DNA of 64,000 nt from Minisyncoccota bacterium. Lineage in GTDB: Bacteria > Patescibacteriota > Microgenomatia > UBA1400 > UBA12028. The stretch lies in NCBI GenBank assembly GCA_003487265.1, contig DNEP01000006.1:3276-67275 (forward strand). Direction: 5' to 3'. Positions 1-10,528 of this stretch are shown piece after piece; the stretch's first letter is position 1, and every line of letters begins with the position of its first letter. A program made the position numbers and the translations under genes. Under the pieces are notes generated by a model that saw nothing but the letters and a program-made list of their open reading frames with translations, was not told where the DNA came from and did not search any database.

Positions 1-33
1 TTTTTATCTCCCTTTTTAAATTTGCCATAACCT

Positions 34-906
34 TCACACTCTTTTCATAATGTCCTGAAACGCCTTCATCACTCCAACGTCTCTTTTTGTAGGATGAAAA
101 AATGCCTGGTGTTGGAAAATTAACTCATTCGATATCGATGAACTCATGATAATTTTCTGCATTGATCGAAAAAACCATTCAATCCCACGGGGGAAAATAT
201 TTGTCTGTTCAACAATCCTCGCTGTATTTGATTGATCGGGAATCGCGTTCGCAAATATCGAGTGCATCCAGGTGTTTTTTTGCAACAATCGCTCAGAAAG
301 CTCAAGCGGACATGCGATTGGTTGCGCTTGAATCAACTCGCGCGCCGAGTACAGCGTTTGTTTTTCGAGTGGTAGTTCAAGCGTTGACTCATCCATCCAC
401 AAATTCGTACAGGCTTTTTTTTCAAGCTCCTTATTCGCAAGATCATTTTTCCCACGATAGAGCCCAACGAACTTCAAAAAAAGAACAACAAGAAAGCGAG
501 TCGTCCACATCAGTCCTTTCCGAGTAATCACAACAAAATCAAGATCATCGTAGGATTGCACTGCTCCCGCACCCAAACTCCCCGAAAGCAACACTCCCCG
601 CACACCCCAGACTCGTGCAATACACAACCCTACGGATCGCGCGTATTCCAATTTTTCTTGAAATTTTTCTCTATCCCGTATTCTTTTCTCTGCCCAAGCG
701 CTGGTACCTGGAAAAAAATAATACTCGCGGACTTTTGTTATTTTCTTCGCGCGCTCTAACATAACGAGTGAACGCGAAAGTTCGGCGCGAGAAAACGGTT
801 TTTCGGTCTGCGAAAAACGAAAAATCTCTTCAAACGTCAAAGGAAAAGAAAACACAGCAGAATATCCAAGCGCCTTGATGCATGCAGAAGAAATGCGAGA
901 ATTCAT
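34..906 (-). CDS. Nucleotidyltransferase-domain protein (Pol-beta superfamily)
   Basis: ORF of 290 aa. The 'LLSGSLGAGAVQSYDDLDFVVI' segment matches the GS...D.D nucleotidyltransferase signature. No further family assignment is possible from sequence alone. Confidence 0.45.
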   Translation of the reverse strand: MNSRISSACIKALGYSAVFSFPLTFEEIFRFSQTEKPFSRAELSRSLVMLERAKKITKVREYYFFPGTSAWAEKRIRDREKFQEKLEYARSVGLCIARVWGVRGVLLSGSLGAGAVQSYDDLDFVVITRKGLMWTTRFLVVLFLKFVGLYRGKNDLANKELEKKACTNLWMDESTLELPLEKQTLYSARELIQAQPIACPLELSERLLQKNTWMHSIFANAIPDQSNTARIVEQTNIFPRGIEWFFRSMQKIIMSSSISNELIFQHQAFFHPTKRDVGVMKAFQDIMKRV

Positions 907-3150
907 TTATTGAAGTCCATAAAACTGAAGGGTCTTCACAATACCAAGTTGTGCCGTTGCGAGCGCTGATTCTGGCTCAACACCATTCACCGCCACGGCC
1001 GTCACCGCATCCTCAAGGTATTTTACAATTCGATCATTAATCCCCGTGTCGTGCGTGTCGGTGTTTGCGTACCATGATTTTGCCTGAGTTGTGCTTGAAA
1101 CAACTGCCCCAACAAATGGATCATCTTTTAACTCATCCAAAAGATCTTTTCGCGCGTACACCTCTCCAAATAGTCTTGGTGTTTTTTCTAACGCAGATCT
1201 GTACATTTTCGTCTGTTGCTCTTTCGAAGATAAAAACTGAAGAAACATCCATGCGCCATCTTTCTGTTTTGATTCTCGCGACACGCCTTCGACCCAGTAA
1301 TTCGCATAGTTCACGGTTGTCGTTTCAAGTTGTGGCACCGGAGCCATTCCAAAATCCAACGATGGGCTTTTTTGTCGAATCTCAAATGCTCTCCAAGAAG
1401 GCGCAAGTATCATTGCAACTTTTCCATCAGCAAACGCGGTCACCGAGTTGGGAAGTGTTGCATCCCACACTTTATCGGTTGTGGCAAATGATGTGTAGTA
1501 TGTTAATGCGTCAATTGCGGATTGAGAACTAAAATCTTTCATGTCCGCACCGTTCTGCATCATCAATAACGCGAGGATTTCAGAAAAATGATCAACATTT
1601 GTTGAAAGACCAACCGCTGCACCAGCACGTTCGATCTTTTTGCTTGTGTCGGCGGGTAATCGAAGCGCGGTCGCAGACTCACTAAATTCTTTCCATGTTG
1701 TTGGGGCTTCAAGCCCCGCTGTTGCAAAAGCTTGCTTGTTATAAAAAAGAACAAGCGAATCATACTGCAAGGGAATTCCCACCAATCCATCTTTTGTTTT
1801 TAAATCGGTGAGCGCAACCGGCAAAAATGTTTGATCAAACGTCAGCGAAGTAAAGATGTTGCTTGGAACAACAGCCAACTGAGACTTTAGCATTGGAACC
1901 CATGTTGCATGGTATCGAAAAACATCGGGCCCTTTCCCAGAAGAAATCGCGTCTTGCAACCGTTCGCGATAATCTTTTGAGGATTGTTGAACATAGCTCA
2001 CGGTAAATGTGGGGTTCTTCTGCTCGAACTCCGCAATCAATGGTTGCATGACAGCCGAAGACTCCCACAATCCCCAGTAGGTGATTGTTTTTTTTGTGGA
2101 TGAGGGTTTTTTATCTGAAGTCAAAGATTCAAGTGGACCCGCATTGGGAGATTTTGAAAAAATACCAAAAATCTTATCTGCAACAAACGCCAACACTCCA
2201 AAGAGTAATACAATTCCTACAATGAGTGGTAAAAATCGAAAAGGAGATTTTTTAACATCATTTGGAGTTGCATCCTCTGCGATTGGCTTGGGTTGCTCAA
2301 CGTTGGCGTCTGAAAGGGGAGCATCTGGAATTGGCGCAGATTCCACAGGTTGCGATGGTTCGGCGGGCTGCGGTGCTTGGAAAGGTTCTGGAAAAGACTG
2401 CGGTTGTTCGAAGGGTTGAGGTTGTTCAAGTGGTTGCGGTTGTTCGGATGATAATGGCTGTTCGGATGGTTGCACAGGCATCTCTTGTTGGGGAATCTGC
2501 TGTTGTCGTTCAATTGGATATTCGAGTGATGGCTCAATTGGTTGAACGTCGAAGGTATCAGCAGGAGTATATCCCGCAACAACCGGCGGTGTTTTTTGAT
2601 CATCAGAAGAAAAAACATCGACAGGAATCGGGAGATCTTGCGCGATGGATGGTGCGGACGAAAAAGGTTCTTGTGGTGCGGGAGGTTGAGGCTGCACTTC
2701 AGGTTGCAACTGTTCAAGCGGGGCCTTCTGTTCCGACGTGTTTTGAACTGTTCCCTGCCACGATTGATTGGGAACAGGTTGTTCTTGCGCGATATCTTGT
2801 GAACTGAGCTCTGCGGTTGGCGCATCTTCACCAGTTTCAGTTTCTACAGGAGACGAAGGTTCGGGTATCGCGGGATCCGCTTGCGGTGAAGACATTTTTT
2901 TCAAGTCTTCATTCATGGTGCGAAGCATCTCATTTAAATCGGAGGAAAGTGGGTCTTGATCCGAAGAAGACTTTTCGGGGGCGGATTCATCAACAGTAGG
3001 AGGGATTGGCGCTTGAAACACATCAGTAACAGAAGTTGATGCATCATTCCCATCATCTAGCAATTCAGGTTCTTCTGCCTGAGAAAGCGTTGCGGGAAGA
3101 ATTGGTGGTGGAAGGGTTTGGGCATCGTCTGGCATAATACACTCGTACAA
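907..3150 (-). CDS. ABC-transporter solute-binding protein (family 1, MalE-like) with a long N-terminal disordered region
   Basis: The C-terminal ~430 aa ('TITYWGLWESSAVMQPLIAEFEQKNP...') resemble sugar-type periplasmic binding proteins. It is preceded by a TM anchor ('FLPLIVGIVLLFGVLAFV') and a ~300-aa PEQ-rich low-complexity tail. Confidence 0.6.
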   Translation of the reverse strand: MYECIMPDDAQTLPPPILPATLSQAEEPELLDDGNDASTSVTDVFQAPIPPTVDESAPEKSSSDQDPLSSDLNEMLRTMNEDLKKMSSPQADPAIPEPSSPVETETGEDAPTAELSSQDIAQEQPVPNQSWQGTVQNTSEQKAPLEQLQPEVQPQPPAPQEPFSSAPSIAQDLPIPVDVFSSDDQKTPPVVAGYTPADTFDVQPIEPSLEYPIERQQQIPQQEMPVQPSEQPLSSEQPQPLEQPQPFEQPQSFPEPFQAPQPAEPSQPVESAPIPDAPLSDANVEQPKPIAEDATPNDVKKSPFRFLPLIVGIVLLFGVLAFVADKIFGIFSKSPNAGPLESLTSDKKPSSTKKTITYWGLWESSAVMQPLIAEFEQKNPTFTVSYVQQSSKDYRERLQDAISSGKGPDVFRYHATWVPMLKSQLAVVPSNIFTSLTFDQTFLPVALTDLKTKDGLVGIPLQYDSLVLFYNKQAFATAGLEAPTTWKEFSESATALRLPADTSKKIERAGAAVGLSTNVDHFSEILALLMMQNGADMKDFSSQSAIDALTYYTSFATTDKVWDATLPNSVTAFADGKVAMILAPSWRAFEIRQKSPSLDFGMAPVPQLETTTVNYANYWVEGVSRESKQKDGAWMFLQFLSSKEQQTKMYRSALEKTPRLFGEVYARKDLLDELKDDPFVGAVVSSTTQAKSWYANTDTHDTGINDRIVKYLEDAVTAVAVNGVEPESALATAQLGIVKTLQFYGLQ

Positions 3151-3183
3151 ACAAATATGATCTCATTTGAGCATACACAGTTC

Positions 3184-4968
3184 ATGAAAAGATTACAAGA
3201 ATATCGTCCGCTTGTTTTTGGAGCATCCGTCGCTCTTTTTTGTGTGTACCTCTGGGTTGAACTTGTTATCGGAAACTCGATAAAGATACTTCCATTTGTC
3301 AGCATAAACACTACTCGAATCGGCGGGCTCACTCCACAAGAAGCACAAACGCGTCTTGAAGATGTGTACAATCCAGAAAAAGTTCGCATATCGTTTGTCA
3401 TCGAAGTTGACGGGGTTGCGTCTGATTCGGCGATTGCGACAATGTCGGCAAAAGAACTTGGGCTTTCCTATCCTATAGATCATTCAGTTACGAAAGCATA
3501 TCAGCTCGGTCGATCGGGTTATTTTCTTCGTCGCATTCGCGAGATCTTCCAAAAATCTCACACGATCTCGCTCCAACCCGAATGGGATCGTGAGCGCCTT
3601 GATACGGTCGTCGACTCACTCCTCCATCAATACGAACAACCGTACACCCCATATTCTGTTTCGCTTGGGAAATCGGGATATTTTTCCACACTCGAGATTG
3701 AAGCAGGCACCTTTGGAACGACCAGCGATCTCTTAAAAACAACCGAGTCTATTATGCAAGCAGTTGCACATCTTGATCTGGACACAACCGACATGCATAT
3801 TCCTCTCGCGTATCACGCACACACCCCTCTCACATCCGAGGAGTACAAAACACTTCAAGAAAACGCAACGTATTTTGTTGGAAAATCTCCCGAACTCATC
3901 ATTTCAAACAAACACGCGAGTATTTCTGATCAGGAAATGATTTCTTTTCTTCATCCAAGGGGTGGATTGAACGGCGAAATACTTTCTCACTATATTGAGG
4001 AACTCAAAAAAAACATTGATCAAAATCCCGTTGAGCCTGTCTTGGAAATAGAACAAAATATCGTAGTGACATTTATCCCTCCCGAAGATGGTATTTCATT
4101 ACATTCCACGCAGGCGGTGCTCGAACTTCAGTCCGCATTAGAAAAAATGGTATCGGAAAAACCAAAAACACTCGATGCAATTACGCTTTCGTTTCAATCT
4201 ACCCCACCTACCCGCCCTCTCGAATCGACAAACACATTGGGAATCAAAGAGGTGATTGGGACAGGTGAGTCGTACTTTCATCATTCCATTCCCAATCGCG
4301 TTCACAATGTTAAACTCACATTCGATCGCATCCAACACGCGCTCATTCTTCCCGGAGAAACGTTTTCGTTCAATGCAACTGCTGGGGAAATTTCGTCACG
4401 CACGGGATTTAAACCCGCCTACGTTATTTCGAAAGGACAAACTGTGCTTGGAGATGGCGGTGGCGTATGTCAGGTCTCAACAACCGTTTTCCGTGCAACG
4501 CTCGATGCAGGACTTCCCATCGTGAAACGAAAAGGACATTCATATCGGGTGAGTTACTATGAAGAAAACTCAAAACCTGGATTTGACGCAACGGTATACG
4601 CACCCAGTACCGATTTTCAATTTGTAAATGATACTGCTCATGCGATTTTGTTACGTTCGTTTGTGGACACCGAGTTGCTCTACGCGCGCGTTGAGTTCTG
4701 GGGCACACAAGATGGCCGTGTAGCTGAAATTCAAAATTATAAACAATGGGGCGCTTCGCGCCCCCTCGCCACTCGATACGTTGACGACCCAACACTTCCC
4801 GCAGGAAAACTTCGACAGATCGACTGGTCGGCGCCAGGATTAAAAACATCGTTCGAGTACGTTGTGAAAAAGCCAAACAGCGACGGAAATCTCGAGGAGT
4901 CGCGCCAAGTTTTTTCGACCGTGTATCAACCGTGGGCGGCGGTATACCTGCGGGGCACGGGGAATTAA
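3184..4968 (+). CDS. VanW-family protein
   Basis: The motif 'GDGGGVCQVSTTVFRATLDAGLPIVKRKGHSYRVSYY' is typical of the VanW domain, and there is an N-terminal TM helix. I placed the start at the MKRLQEY codon to avoid overlap with the upstream minus-strand gene. Confidence 0.7.
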   Translation: MKRLQEYRPLVFGASVALFCVYLWVELVIGNSIKILPFVSINTTRIGGLTPQEAQTRLEDVYNPEKVRISFVIEVDGVASDSAIATMSAKELGLSYPIDHSVTKAYQLGRSGYFLRRIREIFQKSHTISLQPEWDRERLDTVVDSLLHQYEQPYTPYSVSLGKSGYFSTLEIEAGTFGTTSDLLKTTESIMQAVAHLDLDTTDMHIPLAYHAHTPLTSEEYKTLQENATYFVGKSPELIISNKHASISDQEMISFLHPRGGLNGEILSHYIEELKKNIDQNPVEPVLEIEQNIVVTFIPPEDGISLHSTQAVLELQSALEKMVSEKPKTLDAITLSFQSTPPTRPLESTNTLGIKEVIGTGESYFHHSIPNRVHNVKLTFDRIQHALILPGETFSFNATAGEISSRTGFKPAYVISKGQTVLGDGGGVCQVSTTVFRATLDAGLPIVKRKGHSYRVSYYEENSKPGFDATVYAPSTDFQFVNDTAHAILLRSFVDTELLYARVEFWGTQDGRVAEIQNYKQWGASRPLATRYVDDPTLPAGKLRQIDWSAPGLKTSFEYVVKKPNSDGNLEESRQVFSTVYQPWAAVYLRGTGN

Positions 4969-5027
4969 ATCAAAAATCGCGAACACCTCGCATATTTCTT
5001 ACAACAAATCGTGAATCACGGGAAAAT

Positions 5028-6446
5028 CTACTTCATCAATTCTTCCATCTGAGCCTCGATCTCCTCTGCGCGCTTCTTTGTGTTTCCAAAAATAATATAT
5101 GCGAGCATGTGTTGCGAAAGCAGGTTTTCCGAGATCACAATAATACCTTCTTTTGTTTTTTTGTTATAGAAAATTGGTTGCAATCGATCAAGAACCTCAG
5201 TAAACGTGTATGTTTTTTTTGGATTTAGTGGATAGTTATTGTGAGACAACACGCAGGTGTCGTACATAAAATCTTTGTCAAACAATTCAACCGCCGTCTG
5301 ATACACATGCGTTCCACCTGTTCGTCGCACGTTCGATTCGGTTGCAAACACCATCCCATTTTTTCCATACGCAAAATCAACATCATAAAATCCACGATAT
5401 CCATTTTGCGCATATCTTTCGCCGACAAAAAAACCAACATCCATCATCATTGTTGCGAGCTTATCCGACACAACGTCATCACTGATCTCAACCCCTCCAA
5501 AAACACCGTTTTTGGAAATTCTCATTCCACAGTAGTACAAAAACTCAACTTTGCCAGATTTTTGTACCTTAAACTCCACATTTGGGAATCCTCCACCAAT
5601 CGAAGGATTCACAGAAATAAACTGTTCGATGATAATGGGAAACTTATCCCAGTATTGATCTTTTCGGAGGTATGTGAGAATCGCGAGTTCCGCTTGATCG
5701 TAATCTTGCGGAAGGTCTCCAGGACGGAAAATTAACACCCCCGCGCCCGAATGTCCCTTCGACGTCTTTAGAACGGCACCGCCTGTTTTGAGATACATTT
5801 TCGTTGCGATTTTCGCTGCATCGACTATTCCACTACACACGAAGCCATCCGACATGCGCAAATCTGGTTCAACGGCCGCGCTTTGTTGCACAAGCTGTCG
5901 AAATCCAGATTTACTCCCATAAAAATTGACTGTCCACGCATCCTGCGCTTCGGGTGCCTCTGGCGTATAAACCGAAATTCCCTTATTCCGTAATGCATGA
6001 ACCAACTCTAAAAATTGCGGAGAGGTTGTATATGACATTAACGTGAGCTTTTTCACCGAGTTTGCCCGCTCCACAAGTGTGTTCATTATTTTCGGATCAT
6101 GAAGAATATCGTCACAAATGACTCCACTATGTTTTGCAGGAACGAGAATTTCCAGAGATTTCGTGTTAAACAATGTGGTGTAATACTTGTGAAACTCGGA
6201 AGAAACAGGTTTTGGCATCACAATGGTGATTCTGTCCTCTTGAGCAAGAGAAAAAAGATCGCGATCACCAAGGTTCGCGTTTTCCTCAATTTCATGTGCG
6301 CGTTCGGTGGGATCAGAAATACTGGAGATAAATGGCCACACGTCTTCAGATAAATTGAAGATGTAGATTTTTGCTTCGTAGTGTTTCGCGGCTGGATTTT
6401 CGGATCCAGACTGCGTACCTAGAGGTTCTTCTTCTTGTTTCATCAC
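5028..6446 (-). CDS. ATP-grasp superfamily ligase (function unknown)
   Basis: 472 aa. The Gly-rich loop 'KTSKGHSGAGVLIF', 'IIEQFISVN' (like E-x-I-xG) and 'ATESNVRRTGGTH' (like the ExN-R catalytic motif) fit an ATP-grasp fold. Confidence 0.45.
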   Translation of the reverse strand: MMKQEEEPLGTQSGSENPAAKHYEAKIYIFNLSEDVWPFISSISDPTERAHEIEENANLGDRDLFSLAQEDRITIVMPKPVSSEFHKYYTTLFNTKSLEILVPAKHSGVICDDILHDPKIMNTLVERANSVKKLTLMSYTTSPQFLELVHALRNKGISVYTPEAPEAQDAWTVNFYGSKSGFRQLVQQSAAVEPDLRMSDGFVCSGIVDAAKIATKMYLKTGGAVLKTSKGHSGAGVLIFRPGDLPQDYDQAELAILTYLRKDQYWDKFPIIIEQFISVNPSIGGGFPNVEFKVQKSGKVEFLYYCGMRISKNGVFGGVEISDDVVSDKLATMMMDVGFFVGERYAQNGYRGFYDVDFAYGKNGMVFATESNVRRTGGTHVYQTAVELFDKDFMYDTCVLSHNNYPLNPKKTYTFTEVLDRLQPIFYNKKTKEGIIVISENLLSQHMLAYIIFGNTKKRAEEIEAQMEELMK

Positions 6447-6534
6447 AGAAAAATAGCATACAGTATTTTTTGAAAAGTAAAAGATGGAAAATCAATCTTC
6501 GAATCAAGCGCTATACATCATCCCGTCTGCAAAC

Positions 6535-7035
6535 TCATAAAATACTCTGGATGACTTGTATTGCCCACTCTCTCGCTCGTTCCAACTCGCCATTAGAAAT
6601 CGGGCCTGTTTTACCCTTAACAATAAAACCTTCGGGGGGCAAAACAATCTCCCCACCTTTTTTCTGCAAAACATCGGCGATCTTTGGTGCAGCGTATCCA
6701 ATAGTTTTCAAAAGTGCGCGAAGCGCGAAGTTCTGCTCACGTTCAAGAAAGCGCGTATCAAAAACCGCAACTTTTTTGTGAGTGAGTGCGCCCAAAGGAA
6801 TCGCATCTAAAAACATTTGCATGCTAGGTTTTGCTCTCCCTCCATGCGTTGGAGAGCCAACAATCAAGAGGTCTGCTTCCAGCAAATGTTCTTGGGTCAC
6901 ATCTTGAACATACATCGCTTCAACCTTCATTTTTTGTCCGAAACTCTCTTTTTGTTGAAGAAGCGCATCCAACATTTCCAGCGCGATCTTTTTTGTATTT
7001 CCATACAAGGAGTCATACACAATAAGAATGTTCAT
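6535..7035 (-). CDS. Flavodoxin
   Basis: 166 aa. 'MNILIVYDSLYGNTKKIA' (FMN phosphate-binding loop) and 'LLIVGSPTHGG' are classic short-chain flavodoxin features. Confidence 0.8.
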   Translation of the reverse strand: MNILIVYDSLYGNTKKIALEMLDALLQQKESFGQKMKVEAMYVQDVTQEHLLEADLLIVGSPTHGGRAKPSMQMFLDAIPLGALTHKKVAVFDTRFLEREQNFALRALLKTIGYAAPKIADVLQKKGGEIVLPPEGFIVKGKTGPISNGELERAREWAIQVIQSIL

Positions 7036-7080
7036 GTCATCCTTTCGCTAAACACGCGTTCTTATCGTATAATACCAGAC

Positions 7081-9354
7081 ATGGACAAAACCTACGATCA
7101 TCGACTTGAATCAAAAATATATGCTCTCTGGGAAAACGCGCACGCGTTCGAACCACAAGGAGATGGAGAACCATATTCCATACTTCTTCCCCCACCAAAC
7201 GCGAATGCCTCACTCCACGCAGGACACGCGATGTATGTGATCGAGGACATTCTCGTTCGATGGAAAAGAATGCAGGGATACAAAACGGTCTGGATTCCAG
7301 GAACCGATCACGCGGGATACGAATCACAATATGTATATGAAAAACACCTCGCAAAACAAGGAAAGTCTCGATTCGATTTTGATCGTGAAACACTGTACAA
7401 CGATATTTTTACTTTTGTACGCGAAAACTCGGGGTTGATTGAAGATCAATTAAAAAAACTTGGCTTCTCGCTTGATTGGTCGCGCAAAACATTCATGCTT
7501 GATTCTCACGTAGTTGAAACGGTATACAAAACATTCGAAAAACTCGCGCAAGACGGATTGATCTATCGCGACCACTACATCGTGAATTACTGTCCAAAAT
7601 GCGGAACAACATTTGCCGACTTGGAAGTGACCTATAAAGACCAACAAGATCCCATGTATTACATACAATACGGCCCATTTGTGATTGCAACAGTTCGACC
7701 AGAAACAATGTACGGTGATACCGCGATCGCAGTTCATCCCGCCGACCCACGTTACTCTGCATGGATTGGGAAATCAGTTGAGGTTGAAGGCCCCCTCGGC
7801 CCCACAACGCTTCCCATAATTGCAGACGATGAAATCGACATGGCATTTGGAACCGGTGTAATGAAGGTGACTCCCGCGCACGACCCGCACGACTTCGCGC
7901 TCGCGAAAAAGCACCACCTGCCAGTCATCAGCGTGATCAATACAAGAGGAAAAATTGAGTTGTCTGCAGTTTCAAATCTTTCAAATACAAACGCGCGCGC
8001 CGAAACAACATCAACGGTGCAGAATCTTTCAACCGCAGACGCGCGGAAAAAAGTTGTGGAGTATTACAAAGAAAAAGGCCTCCTCGTAAAAATAGATGAA
8101 AAATACACACATCGTGTTGCGGTATGCTACAAGTCGGGGCACCTCATCGAACCACTTGTTCTTCCAAACTGGTTTATCAAGATGAAGCCGCTGGCTGAAC
8201 CCGCCATCAACGCCGTACGAACAGGAAAAGTGAAGTTCTTCCCCACACGCTTTGAATCGCAATACTACGAATGGTTGGGGAAATTTATTGATTGGCCGAT
8301 CTCTAGGCAAACGGTCTGGGGAATCCGCATTCCCGTGTGGTACTCGACAACAGAAAACCCCGATCTCGCGATAACCTATTTGTCAAAAACAGGCGAACGA
8401 ATAACGGGAACGGCGCAAGAATTGCTCGCAACCACGTCGCTTGAAGAAATTGCAAAAGGACTTCAACAACTTCGCGCACCAATCACAGCAAAATATGTGA
8501 TTTCAAGTACAAAACCATCGGATGAATATTTACCTGAAACGGATACATTTGACACTTGGTTTAGTTCTGGCCAATGGCCACTCACCACGCTCAAATATCC
8601 GGAAGGTGAAGACTTTAAAACCTTTTATCCAACCGCTGTGCTAGATACGATGTGGGATATTTTATTTTTCTGGGTTGCTCGTATGATCATGTTGGGGCTA
8701 TACATGACCGGAGAGGTTCCGTTCAAAACTGTCTACCTCCACTCCATGGTCACCGACGAAAAAGGGCAAAAGATGAGCAAATCAAAAGGGAATGTAATAA
8801 ATCCCATTGAAATCGTTGATCAGTTTGGCGCCGATGCGTTGAGAATCTCGCTCGTCGCGGGAAGCACTCCCGGAAATCCAATCGCAATGAGTCGAGAAAA
8901 GGTGAAAGGATATCGCAATTTTTCAAATAAACTGTGGAATATTGCCCGCTTTTTTATCATGCAACAAGAAAAAGGGCTTGAAGAGTCTGGTGATTCTTCT
9001 GCGATAGTCGAAACATCCGCACAAATTATTGAAAAAACGAATACCCTTATAACATCGGTGACCAAAAATCTTGATCGCTTCCGGTTCTCGGATGCGGCAC
9101 TAGAACTGTATGATTTTATTTGGAACGATTTTGCGAACACCGCGCTCGAACAAGCCAAAGAATTCATGCACCAAAAAGAAACATTCGAGGTATTTTTCGA
9201 GACATATCTCACTTGCTTAAAACTTTTGCATCCATTTATGCCATTCGTCACCGAGTCTATTTGGCAAGAACTTGGAACTGCAAAGCTTATTGATCGCACA
9301 CTGCTCATTCAAACAGCGTGGCCTACCCAAAAACGCGCTAAAATGATCAAATGA
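7081..9354 (+). CDS. valS: Valyl-tRNA synthetase (short form)
   Basis: 'PPPNANASLHAGHAMYV' (HIGH region) and 'KMSKSKGN' (KMSKS) mark a class I synthetase. Val-specific blocks include 'RPETMYGDTAIAVHPADPRY'. The ORF-track start at 6817 is an upstream extension; the real start is MDKTYDH at 7081. At 758 aa it lacks the usual C-terminal coiled-coil extension. Confidence 0.85.
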   Translation: MDKTYDHRLESKIYALWENAHAFEPQGDGEPYSILLPPPNANASLHAGHAMYVIEDILVRWKRMQGYKTVWIPGTDHAGYESQYVYEKHLAKQGKSRFDFDRETLYNDIFTFVRENSGLIEDQLKKLGFSLDWSRKTFMLDSHVVETVYKTFEKLAQDGLIYRDHYIVNYCPKCGTTFADLEVTYKDQQDPMYYIQYGPFVIATVRPETMYGDTAIAVHPADPRYSAWIGKSVEVEGPLGPTTLPIIADDEIDMAFGTGVMKVTPAHDPHDFALAKKHHLPVISVINTRGKIELSAVSNLSNTNARAETTSTVQNLSTADARKKVVEYYKEKGLLVKIDEKYTHRVAVCYKSGHLIEPLVLPNWFIKMKPLAEPAINAVRTGKVKFFPTRFESQYYEWLGKFIDWPISRQTVWGIRIPVWYSTTENPDLAITYLSKTGERITGTAQELLATTSLEEIAKGLQQLRAPITAKYVISSTKPSDEYLPETDTFDTWFSSGQWPLTTLKYPEGEDFKTFYPTAVLDTMWDILFFWVARMIMLGLYMTGEVPFKTVYLHSMVTDEKGQKMSKSKGNVINPIEIVDQFGADALRISLVAGSTPGNPIAMSREKVKGYRNFSNKLWNIARFFIMQQEKGLEESGDSSAIVETSAQIIEKTNTLITSVTKNLDRFRFSDAALELYDFIWNDFANTALEQAKEFMHQKETFEVFFETYLTCLKLLHPFMPFVTESIWQELGTAKLIDRTLLIQTAWPTQKRAKMIK

Positions 9355-9800
9355 GTATATTGCAAACGCGCTATCTGTTTCCACTCTTTTTACTGATCGT
9401 GGGGGGTTCAAGTGTTGTTCATATAAACAGCGCGCTAGTCGCACGATATCAATTTGTAACAACAAGCAATTCACGCGCGTTACACATGTTAGCAGAAGTG
9501 GGATATGAACAAAGCGTAACGAAACTTCGTTTTGCTCATCCAGAATTCTTCCACAACACGCCACCATTCACACGTGAGGTTGAAAATATTCTGAAACAAA
9601 AACAAGAAAACTGGAAAACCATCTTGCAAGTTCAGCCAACAAGCGAAGAACCCCTTTCAACACTCGCAGAATTATCGTACCAACTCAAATCACCATTAAA
9701 AGCAATGGACTATTCGTCACGATATCTCAAGTTGCATCCAAACGGAGATCGGGCGGAAGAAATGAAAAAGATTCAAGAACTGCTTCGGGAAAACGAGTAA
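9351..9800 (+). CDS. Hypothetical small protein with an N-terminal hydrophobic segment
   Basis: 149-aa ORF overlapping the valS stop codon (ATGA). No recognisable domain. Confidence 0.35.
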   Translation: MSILQTRYLFPLFLLIVGGSSVVHINSALVARYQFVTTSNSRALHMLAEVGYEQSVTKLRFAHPEFFHNTPPFTREVENILKQKQENWKTILQVQPTSEEPLSTLAELSYQLKSPLKAMDYSSRYLKLHPNGDRAEEMKKIQELLRENE

Positions 9801-9811
9801 CACGCTACGTG

Positions 9812-10489
9812 TTATTTTGCCTTCTCTTCTTCCTTTTTCACACCATCAGCATCCAACTCTTCATCTTGCTTACCTTTTGCTGCAATCTCAATGTCTTCAA
9901 GAGTTGGGACGACTTCTTCAACAACTTCTTCTTCAGCATTTGCTATACGCACAAGAACTTCGGTTTCGGGAAGAAGAACCTCAACCTTTGTACGATCGTA
10001 TGGTAAATCGGCAACGGTGATCTCTTGACCAACCTCAGAAAGAGTATCAATCGAAAGAACAAACTTTTCTGGCAAATCCGTTGGAAGCGCCTTAGCCTCA
10101 ACTTCATCGCGTAATGTTAACAACACCGCCCCCTCTTTCACCGCGGGAGACTCTCCAACGATCTCGATCTCAATTTGTGCGGTAATCTCTTCAAGTAAGT
10201 TCACTTCTTGAAATGAAATGTGAAGAAGATCTCCCGTCACAGAGTCGTATGCAACTTCCTTAAACATAACAGGTTTCTCTTTTAATGATTCGACCGAAAG
10301 GTACAACACTCCACTATCTCCAACTTCTGCATATGTTTTGCTCGCCAATTTTGTATCGACTTGAATCGCGGTTGTGCCCTTTTCCCCATAAATATTCGCA
10401 GGAATAAGCCCTTTAGAACGAAGCTGTTTTACTTTTTTTCCAAGCAAAACTCGCTTTTCAACGGATAAACGGTGTTGTGATGATGTCAT
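9812..10489 (-). CDS. rplY: 50S ribosomal protein L25 / general stress protein Ctc
   Basis: The N-terminus 'RLSVEKRVLLGKKVKQLRSKGLIPANIYG' is the L25/Ctc signature. An acidic C-terminal tail is present, as in Ctc-type L25. Confidence 0.8.
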   Translation of the reverse strand: MTSSQHRLSVEKRVLLGKKVKQLRSKGLIPANIYGEKGTTAIQVDTKLASKTYAEVGDSGVLYLSVESLKEKPVMFKEVAYDSVTGDLLHISFQEVNLLEEITAQIEIEIVGESPAVKEGAVLLTLRDEVEAKALPTDLPEKFVLSIDTLSEVGQEITVADLPYDRTKVEVLLPETEVLVRIANAEEEVVEEVVPTLEDIEIAAKGKQDEELDADGVKKEEEKAK

Positions 10490-10528
10490 ACGGTTCCTTT
10501 CGAAGAATGAGGACAGATTCTAGCATCC

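Noticed and set aside
2262-2807. Plus-strand ORFs (2081-2419, 2262-2807, 2542-2802) antisense to the PEQ-rich region
   Set aside because: Low-complexity repeats generate long open frames on several strands. Only the minus-strand frame continues into a recognisable solute-binding domain.
6817-7080. N-terminal extension of the valS ORF (track start at 6817)
   Set aside because: It overlaps the flavodoxin gene on the opposite strand. The class I synthetase N-terminus ('MDKTYDHRLESKIYALWE') begins at 7081.
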